64,000 nt of DNA from Scenedesmus sp. PABB004. Taxonomy: Eukaryota. A program made the translations under genes and the position numbers. The notes under the pieces are model-generated. The model saw nothing but the letters and a program-made list of their open reading frames with translations. It was not told the origin of the DNA and made no database searches. Position 1 is the first letter of the stretch. Every line of letters starts with the position of its first letter. Where the stretch lies: contig JABVCE010000005.1 in the NCBI GenBank assembly GCA_014905635.1, forward strand, positions 1,054,001 to 1,118,000, in the 5' to 3' direction. Below, in pieces: positions 47,186 through 64,000 of the stretch.

Positions 47186-49845
47186 ATGGCGGCCGCACGC
47201 GCGCGCCGAGGCGCCGCCGCGCCCGCGGCGGCCGGCCTCCTCGCCGCGCTGCTCCTCGCCGCGCTCGCGCCGCCCGCGGCCGCCCAGCTGGGCGCGCCCT
47301 CCGCCTTCCTGGCGGGCCTGGCCGCTCCTAACGCGACCACCGCGCCGGCGGTGCGTGTGCCGCGCGCGCGCGGGTGCGGCTGCGCGCACCTGCCGACCGA
47401 GCTCAACGCCCGCGCGCGCAGGCCCCCGCCACCTGCAACGGCACCACGCCGCCCAAGCTGGTCGTGGAGAGCGTCACGCCCCTGCCCGCGGCGGGCGGCG
47501 TCGCCGAGGTGCGGCGCGCCACGCCGCGCGCCGCCGCCGCCGGCGCCGCGCGAGCGCGCGCGAGCCGCCGCCCGCTCGCCCCCGCCGCAGGTCGTGGTCC
47601 GCAACACCGGCGGCCAGCCCGCCAACGTGACGGGCTACCGGCTGACGTCCTCGGGCGGCGGCGGCAACGGCACGGGCGGCGGCAGCACGCTGTACATCGC
47701 CGACACGCGGGCGTGCCGCGAGAACGGGACGATCGCCCCCGGCGCGGCGCTCGTCTTCCAGCCGCGCAGCGACGACAGCCCCTGCGGCTTCCCCTTCAAG
47801 CTCGGCGCCAGGCGCGTCTCTGCGCACGCGCGCGCGCGCCGGGGCTCGGGCGCGCCGCGTGCCGCCGCCGCGCGCGCCCGCGGCCCGTGCGGCCCAGTGC
47901 GCCCCGACCCCCGCCCCGCGCGCGGCGCGCAGCGGCACCGTGACGCTGGCCGACTTCAACGACAAGCCCCTGAGCGCGATCAGTTGGACCAACGCGAGCG
48001 AGGCCACCCAGATCCACGTCACGCCCGACGGCGGCGCCGCGGTGCGCGTCCCCGCGGGGCGCAACGTGGTCGAGGTCCTGCGCGCCCTCGGGGACTACCA
48101 GACCCTCCTGCTCGCCCTGGAGGCGCGGCGCGCGCGCGCGCGCAGGCGCTGCGTGCGGCACGCGACGGCCACGCCGCGGCGCGCGACCTGTCGCGCGGAC
48201 GGTGCTGCCGCCGCCGCGGCGGAACGCCGACGACGGCCGGCGCGCGCGCCGCCCGCCGGCCGCGCCGCGCCCGCGCAGGCCGCGGGCCTGGAGCAGGGGC
48301 TCACCGCCGCGCGGGACCCCAACTACACGGCCCCGCAGCTCCCGCAGCAGGCCTTCGCCATCGACCTGCCCTGGTGGTTTGGCGGCGCGCGCAACGCGAG
48401 CGCGCCGCCGCCGCCGCCCCCGCCGCCCGCGGCGCCGCCGGCGGTCGGCGTGCCGCCGGCGGGGCCCTACACGGTGCGGCGCCGGCGCGGCGCTCCGCCG
48501 TGCCGCCTGCCTGCCTGCCCCCGCGCCCGCCCGCCCACCCCACGCCGACGCCTGACCCGCGGCGCCTCAGATCCTGGCGCCGACGGACGCCGCGTTTGAC
48601 GCGCTGCTGGTCAACATGGGCGGCGCGCAGGGCAAGCTGCCGCTGGACGTCTTCCTGAAGCTCCCGCAGCTGCGCGACATCCTCTTGTACCACATCATCC
48701 CCGGCGAGTACACCAGCGGTGAGCCTGCGAACGAGGGAGGGAGGGAGAGAGGGAGGGGAGGGAGGGGCCGGCGAGGCCGGGAGGGGGCCGCCCGGCCGCG
48801 CGCCCGCCCGCCGACGCGGCCGCCGCGCCCGCGCGTCCGCGCCGCGCAGCGTTCCTGCGCAACAACACGCCCGTGTTCACCGCCAAGGGCGTCGAGGTCA
48901 CGCCCTTTGCCGACGGCTGCATGACCGAGGGCAAGCTCATGCTGCACGGTGCGGGCCCGGCGCGGCGGCGCGCTGTGCTGCGCCGCGTGTGCGCGCGCCC
49001 AACGGCCGCCCGCGCCGCCGCAGACTCGTGCATCGACAAGCCCACCGGCGACAACTACACCTGCGAGGAGCAGAAGTCGTTCGGCAAGGTCTGGGCGCGC
49101 GCGCGCGCGGCGCCCGCGCGGCACACAACCCCGCGGCGCTGCCGCCGCCGCCGCCGCGGGCCGCGCTCACCCTGCGCCGCGCCGCCCGCGTCCGCCCCTC
49201 CCTCGCCCCTGCGTCAGTGCGACTTCCCCTTCCTCACCTCGGCCCTCGCGGCGCAGTGGCAGGGCGGCTTCTGCCAGCGCACGTGCCAGCGCTGCGACTG
49301 CTCGCCCGGGTCGGGCATCGTGTGCGCGACCGTCGAGAGCGTGGACATCGCGGCCAGCAACGGCGCCATCCAGGGCATCTCCCGCGTGCTCTTCCCGCCC
49401 CCCGTCTTCAGCAAGGACCAGGCGCTCGCCGAGGCGGTCGCGTACAACGAGGCGCGCGCTGCGGGCGTTGCGCGCGCTGCGTGGGCGGGCGCGCCTCGAC
49501 GCGCGCGCTCCCCGGCGCCCGCCGACTGCCGCCCTGCCGCCGCGCTGCGCAGAGCCTGGCGCGCAACCAGTCCATGGGCATCGCCACCGCGCCGGGCATG
49601 ACCGGACTCAACGAGCTCCCCGGCGCCGCGCCGCCGAGCGCGCCTGGCGCGCCCGCCGGCGGGGCTGGCGCGTCGCCCGCGCCCGCCGCCGGCGGCGGCG
49701 GCGGGGGGCCAACGGCACGGGCGCGGCGGGCGCGCCGGGCGGGGGCGCGCCCGGCAACGGGACCGGCGGCGGCGACGCCGGCCCGCCCGCGGGGCGCAGG
49801 CGGCTGCGGTGGGGCTGGGTCGGCGCGCCGCGGCGCTGGCGCTGA
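47186..49845 (+). CDS. Secreted fasciclin (FAS1) protein with an N-terminal lamin-tail-like domain and a Cys-rich insert
   Basis: Signal peptide LLAALLLAALAPPAAA; EV|VVRNTGGQPANVTGYRLT (lamin-tail-like); FAS1 motifs NVVEVLRALGDYQTLLLALE|AAGL, YT|ILAPTDAAF, LRDILLYHII and DIAASNGAIQGISRVLFP. Many NxT/S sequons. Probable 1-nt error near 49705. Confidence 0.8.
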
Positions 49846-50096
49846 GTGAGCCGGGGGGAGCGGGCTGGGGGCTGCGGGGGCTGCGGGGGCTGCGGGCCGC
49901 GGGGCGAACGCCCCCGAGGGGCTGACCGCGCCCGAGCCTGGGGACGCGCGCGTGCTGCGTGCTGCATGTTGTTGCGCGCGCGGCGCTGGGAGAGCCGCGC
50001 CGACCGAGCGCTCCGTGCCGCTCGCGGGCTGCGCTGGGGAGCACTGACAGACTGCGTGCGTGCGCGGGAGTAAACTGTCGCGTTGCCTGCCGCTGC

Positions 50097-51799
50097 TCAC
50101 GTCGTCAGCCGCGCCGGCCGCGCTTCTGCACCGCCGCCTAGCGCGTCCGCGCGCAACGGCCGCGAGCTCCTGCCCACCGCCGCGCAGCGCGCCGCCAGCT
50201 CCGCCGCCTGGGCCGCCTCGCCCATGCGCAGCTCGCCCGCCCGCAGCACCAGCGCCCGCGCGAGCCGCTCCGTGACGGCCGCGCCCGCGTCGCTGCCGCC
50301 GCCAGCATGCTGCATGGCTGTCCGCGCGTCAGCCGGGCAGCGCCAGACCAGCGGGCGAGCGAGCTGGTCGGCTGCGCGGCTGCCGTGCACGACAGGCGAG
50401 CCAGGCTCGGCGTCCCTCCTGCCGCCCTCCGCGCTGCTGCTGCTGCTGCTGGCCCAGCTGCCGCCCGCGCTGCTGCCCCGGCTGCTGGTGCTGCTGCTGC
50501 CGGGCCGGCGCTGGCTGCCGCACCGAGGTGGCGCGAGTAGCTCGCCCTCCGCGTCTGCCGCGACGACTGCGGCGCCAGCCAGAGCCTGGCGCACTGCAGC
50601 TGGCAGCTCAGCTGGCTCGCGCGCTGCTCCGCCCTGGCACAGCGCAGCACCGCCCGTCGCCGCCGCAGCCTCGGCGGCGGCCTTGCCCCGCTGCCACGCC
50701 GGCTGCTGCGCCGTGCGCCGCGCGCGCCAGCCCCGCACGCAGGCCTGGAGCACCAGCGCTGCCTGCCGCCGCGCGCGGCGCTCCGCGTCCAGCAGCTGCT
50801 GCGCCTCGAGCCTGCGCGCGCGCTCCTGCCGCGCCGCGGCCAGCGGGCCGCCGCGCCGCGCCAGCCAGCCGCGCGCCGCCGCCTGCAGCGCCACCGCGGC
50901 TTCGGTCAGCTGCGCCGCCCGCCGGCGCGCCGCGTGCGCTCGCCAGGCGCGCTGGATGGTGAGCGCAGCTGCCTGGCCGGCTGGTGAGGCGAAGTAGCCC
51001 AGCCACGCGCGCGCCGCGCCCCCGCGTGCGGCGCGCAGCCGCGCCAGCTGCGACCACGCCGCGGCGCAGCGCGCCGCGCGCTGCAGGCAGCAGGCGGCCA
51101 CGGTCCGCTGCGCGCGCGCGCGGCGGCGCGCAAGCAGGCCGCGCGCGTGCCGCTGGATGGCGACTGCGGCGCGCTGCTGCGCCAGCAGCACGCGGAAGTC
51201 GTCGGCCGCCGGGGCTGAACGGCTGGGGTTCAGCAGCCCCAGCACTGCCAGCTCGTCGCCGTCCGCCTCGCGCGCCGCGCACGCTGTGGTCGCGCCGGCC
51301 GGCGGCGGCGGCGGTGGCTGAGGTGGCGGCTCGACCGCCTCCCCCGCCAGGAGCTCCAGCAGCGCCGCCGACTCCTTGGGCGTGATGCGGCTGGTCAGGC
51401 GCTGCCGCGGCGCGGCGGCGCGGCCGCCGCCAGGCGGCGCCGGAGCTGGCGGCTGCGGCGGAGGCCGGCTGCGCGCCGCAGCGTGGCCTGCTGGCTGTCG
51501 CTTAGTGGCGAGCTCTGCAGCCGGCTCCTCGTCGGCCACGTCCCCGAGCAGCCCCTGCGCGCCGCGGCGGGCGGTCAGCGGCAAAGAGCCGACCGCACGC
51601 TGCGGCTACTGCTTGCGCGGGAAGAGCCGCGCGCAGAGCTCGCCTGGGCGAGCGCGTTGAGCCGGCGCACGCGCGTGAGCGCGTCGGCCGCTGCGCCGGC
51701 GGTCGCGAGCTCCGCCGCCGCGCGCCGCAGCGCCGCCTCGGTGTTGACGGCCTTACGAACGCCCGCGTTAGCTCGACCGGAGGGCGGAGGGCCGGTCAT
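50097..51799 (-). CDS. IQ calmodulin-binding motif protein
   Basis: Four to five IQ motifs: AVAIQRHARGLLARR, ALTIQRAWRAHAARR, AVALQAAARGWLARR, ALVLQACVRGWRARR. One short intron near 51555-51598. Confidence 0.72.
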
Positions 51800-52178
51800 T
51801 CGCGCGGCGGCAGGCGGCGGGCGGGCGGGCGCCGCCGCGCAGCTCGCACGGTGCCGGCTGCAGAGGCCGTGGGCCCCTGGCTGCGAGCTGGCGGGGGCGA
51901 AGGCCGCTTTCTGCCGCGACTGGGATGCCCGGGGGGCTGCGCCGCGACCGGGGCCGGGGTTCCGCTGAGCCCTGAGCGCGCGACGCACGCCGGCGTTGGC
52001 CTCACTTTCCGAAGCCAACTCTCTCGCACGCAGGGCCGACGGATTCACGCGGGGCGCACACAACGACAGCCACCGGGGGCGGGCAAAAAACACACGCGAT
52101 GCCGGGCGCGCGCGCGCGCAGGCAGCGGCGCCAGCCGCTGCGGGCGCTGCTGGTACGCGTGCGCGCGCTGCCAGCGCT

Positions 52179-56071
<3,893 letters not shown>

Positions 56072-56361
56072 GGTGGCGACCAGGGGGGCGGGGAAGTGGC
56101 GTCGGGACTGACGTCGGACGCGGCGGCCCGCATGTGGTGGCGCAGCGACGAGCGACGCTGACGCTGACGAACGACGGTCGTCGCCGCTCATGTCACCCGG
56201 CCCGCCCGCCGGCGCCCCACACGACCGGCTGCACCGCATCTGACGCACCCCAACGCGGTCGCGCCCGCAGGAAGCAGAAGCGGCAGCAGCACAGCAGCAG
56301 CAGCGGCGCGCGAGCAGCGGCGCGCGGCGTGGTGCCCGTGGCGCGCCGGGAAGGCGCCGCC

Positions 56362-61108
<4,747 letters not shown>

Positions 61109-61216
61109 CGATGTCAGCGCCGGGCAGCGCCCGGCAGCTGCACTGGCGCGGCGCGGCGCGGTGTGCGCGCCAGGCGCCAGGGGCGGCGAGCGGCGGCGGC
61201 GGGTCGCGCGCGTGCG

Positions 61217-61221
61217 TTACA
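61217..61221 (-). promoter_or_regulatory. TGTAA polyadenylation signal for the minus-strand gene ending at 61473
   Basis: TTACA on the plus strand, about 250 nt downstream of that gene's stop. Confidence 0.55.
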
Positions 61222-61472
61222 GAGGCGCTGCGATGATGCGCCCGGCGCACGGCGGCGCCGGCGCGCGCTAGCTAGCGAGGGAAACAATGACGCGCGCGCG
61301 AGCGCGCGGCCGCTGGGACGGCCGGCGCGGCCGCTGGGACGGCCGGCGCGCTCGCGCCGCGCCCGCCGGGCGCGCGGTGCGGCGCGGTGTGTTGGTACAG
61401 CCGCCGCCAGCAGGACAGAGTGCACGCCTTCACACCCTGATTCAGCCCTCGGGAGGCGCCCCGCCGGGCGCG

Positions 61473-62772
61473 TCAGATCTCCAGCACGCCGTCGAGCTGC
61501 GTGATTTCAAACGACACGCCGCCGTAGTCGACGTCGACCGCGGTGCTGCCGCCGCCGCCGGCGGGGCCGCCGAGGTGCCTGCGCGCGCGGCGGGGGGCGC
61601 CCGCGGCGTGAGCGCCCGCGGCGCACGCGCCCGCGGCGCACGCCTTGCGGCCTCCTGCGCCTGACCGGCCCCGCGCCTGCCTGGCCCGCGGCGCCGCCGG
61701 TCTCACCCCTCGAGGTCAGGGAAGTGGGCTTCCATGTTCCACTTTGCCCGCAGCTGGAACGCGTCCGACACCTGCGCCTGCGCACGTGCGGCGCGCCGGC
61801 GGCGGCGCGCGTGGGCGCGGGCGGCGCAGCGGAGCAGCGGGGACGCGGCTGCCCGCCGCCGCCGCGGCGCGCACCCGCTCCTTGCGCTTCAGCCGCGGCC
61901 CGTCGCCCCACTTGGTCGTCAGCCTGCGCGCGGCGACGGCGGCGCGCTACCTCGGCGGCCGCCCCGCCGCCGCGCCCCGTCGCCGCCGCGCGCGCGCGCG
62001 CCCCGCCCCGCGCCGCGGCGGTCACCGGTAGTCGAGGCTCGGCGCGCCGCGGCGCCAGTTGTAGCCGAGCACAAACTGCAGGCGGAAGACGCTGAAGAAG
62101 ATCTTTGACGAATACAGCGCCGCCTGCCCCTGCTCCGGCACGACCAGCAGGCTGCGCACGTAGCGGTCCGCGCCGCGCAGCGCGCCCGGCTGCGGCTTGG
62201 CCTGCCGCGCGCCGCGGAGACGGGCGCGAGTCGGGGGCAGCCGTGGAGCGGCGGCCGTGCGAGCGAGCGGGGAGGGGGGGGGGGGGCGGCGGCGCCCGCG
62301 CCGCACCGTGAAGCGCCAGCGCGGCTGCGCGTGCCAGGGCCGGCTGTAGCAGGCGCACAGCGCGAGGCTGGGCAGCCTGCGCTCGGCGGCCGGCGGCGGC
62401 GGCGGCGCTCAGCGCACAGCGCGGGCGCTTTGCCCGCACGCGCGCGCGCCGCCGCCGCCGCCGCCCGCGCGCTGCCGCGCGTCATCGTGCTCACTTGTGC
62501 TTGAGCTTGAGCCGCAGCTCCGGCTCGCATTTGAACTGGTAGTTCTCCAGGATGCGCTCGATCAGCTCGTCTGCGGTTGGGAGGCGGCCGGCGGTTGAGG
62601 CAGCGCGGCGGCAGTCGGCGGACAGGCGAGCGGGAGCGCTGCGGCAGCGGCCGGCCGCGGCGGCGCCACGGTGGTGGTGGTGGCGGCGGCGGCGGCGTGC
62701 CTGTGTAGGCCTCGTCGCTGTACGGCTCGCCCTCGGACGACGGCGGCGCCTGCGAGCCCGCGAGCGCCAGCA

Positions 62773-62810
<38 letters not shown>

Positions 62811-62833
62811 GGCGGCGGCGTCGTGCGGCTCAT
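61473..62833 (-). CDS. Hypothetical protein rich in amphipathic beta strands, multi-exon
   Basis: Exons MSRTTPP..EPYSDEAYT | DELIERILENYQFKCEPELRLKLKHK | ..RYVRSLLVVPE..FFSVFRLQFVLGYNWRRGAPSLDYR | LTTKWGDGPRLKRKER | VQVSDAFQLRAKWNMEAHFPDLEG | ..VDVDYGGVSFEITQLDGVLEI*, separated by GT-AG introns. Confidence 0.65.
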
Positions 62834-63236
62834 GGCCCTGCCTGCCTGCCTGCGTCTGGGCGCTGGCTCAAAGGGCTGGCAGCGGCGGCGCGCGCAGCGG
62901 CGCGGCGACGGCGCGTGCGCAGCAGCGGCTGCGGCGGCGGCGCGCGCGCGGCGGCGATGCCTGGTGACTGGCGGGCTCGGTGCCTGGCGTCACGGGCAGG
63001 GGGGGGGAGTGGTGGGGCGGTGGGCGCAGCAGCAGCACGCTTGTTGTGTCGCAGGCCCAGGGCGCCGAAACTGAGCCGGTCGAGCTGCCGCAGCCCGATC
63101 AGCCCGATCAGCGCACGCCCACTCCGACGGCGTCACGCTGCGCCTCCGGGACCGCTGCCTGGATCCCTGCGCGCTCGCCGACGGCCGCAACCATCACCTC
63201 GACGGCCCGCGACCCGCGGAGCGGGCGCCCGCCGGG

Positions 63237-64000
63237 ATGAGCCACTCGGCGGAGGGCACCAGCGGGCGCGAGGACGCCGCGGCGGGAGCGACGGGCGGCG
63301 CGATGGCGGTGGACGCGGGGCACGCCCCGGCGCCCGGCACCACCCGCGTGCTGGCGCTCTACTGCGAGGCCCCGGACGAGGACGACATGGGGTTCGACCC
63401 CCCGGACGCCGCCAACATCAGCCACCTGATGCGGCGCCCCGATATGGAGGCACGGCGCGCCGCCGCCGCCGGCGCTGCTGCCCGCCAGCGCTGCTGCTCT
63501 GCCCGCCCGCGCGCAGCGGGGGCGGCGCCGCCCCGCCGCCGACGCCTGCCGCCCGCCCGGTCCCCCCAGGTTGAGGTGATGCGCGCGCCGACGCTGGAGG
63601 AGTTCTCGGCGCGCTGCGAGGCGTTCAAGCCGAGCTTTGTCTACGTCTGCGGCCCCGTGAGCAGCGCGGTCGACTCCATCAAGGGCACCGTGGGCCCCCT
63701 CACGCTCAGCGGTGCGCGCTGCCGCCGCCGCGCCGCCGCCGCCACCCTCACAGCGCGGGCGGCAGCGCGGGCGGCAGCCCGCGAGCTCGCGATCACGCCG
63801 CGCCGCGCCACGCCGCGCCGCGCCAGGCAACGTCGTGACGCCGGGCGAGCTGCTGACCGCGCTGGAGGGCTGCCCGCTGACCACGATCTACCTCGATGCG
63901 GCGGGCCAGGAGAAGGGTGCGCGGGGGACGCGCGCGCGCGCCGCGCAGCAGCAGGAGCGGCGGCAGGAGCGGCGGGGCAGCGCCAGGGGGCAGCGGCGGC
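63237..64000 (+). CDS. ARID4-like (AT-rich interactive domain protein) N-terminus, runs off window end
   Basis: TRVLALYC...PDME|VEVMRAPTLEEFSARCEAFKPSFVYVCGP and TTIYLDA resemble the N-terminal domain of plant ARID4 proteins. The ARID domain itself is not in the window. Confidence 0.5.
   Translation, partial: MSHSAEGTSGREDAAAGATGGAMAVDAGHAPAPGTTRVLALYCEAPDEDDMGFDPPDAANISHLMRRPDMEARRAAAAGAAARQRCCSARPRAAGAAPPRRRRLPPARSPQVEVMRAPTLEEFSARCEAFKPSFVYVCGPVSSAVDSIKGTVGPLTLSGARCRRRAAAATLTARAAARAAARELAITPRRATPRRARQRRDAGRAADRAGGLPADHDLPRCGGPGEGCAGDARARRAAAGAAAGAAGQRQGAAA

Overview
This window is eukaryotic nuclear DNA. It is extremely GC-rich (roughly 80% by eye), gene-dense and intron-rich, and most likely comes from a chlorophycean green alga (inferred from gene content, GTGCG/GTGAG splice donors and TGTAA poly(A) signals). 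The six-frame ORF track is mostly GC artefact. Splicing the exons by hand gives about 19 genes: TSR2 (partial), TAF1, TOP1, CPN10, a secreted beta/zeta-type carbonic-anhydrase-like protein, POLQ, NDUFS6, calmodulin, a hypothetical protein, a DHRS12-like SDR, a Deg9-like protease, a SelJ-like ADP-ribosylglycohydrolase, a second hypothetical protein, a fasciclin protein, an IQ-motif protein, DBP2, VPS34, a possible beta-barrel protein and an ARID4-like gene (partial). The strongest signal is splicing. About 20-35% of introns in TAF1, TOP1, POLQ and VPS34 use non-canonical GC-AG donors, nearly always after an exonic AG, while four short genes use only GT. Other notable points: a 1-kb DBP2 intron at the conserved motif V position with a candidate poison exon, TAF1 ending in a CW zinc finger, NDUFS6 with remodelled Zn ligands, and a divergent secreted carbonic anhydrase candidate. 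All gene models and intron counts are manual; several start codons are uncertain, and a few frameshifts look like assembly errors.
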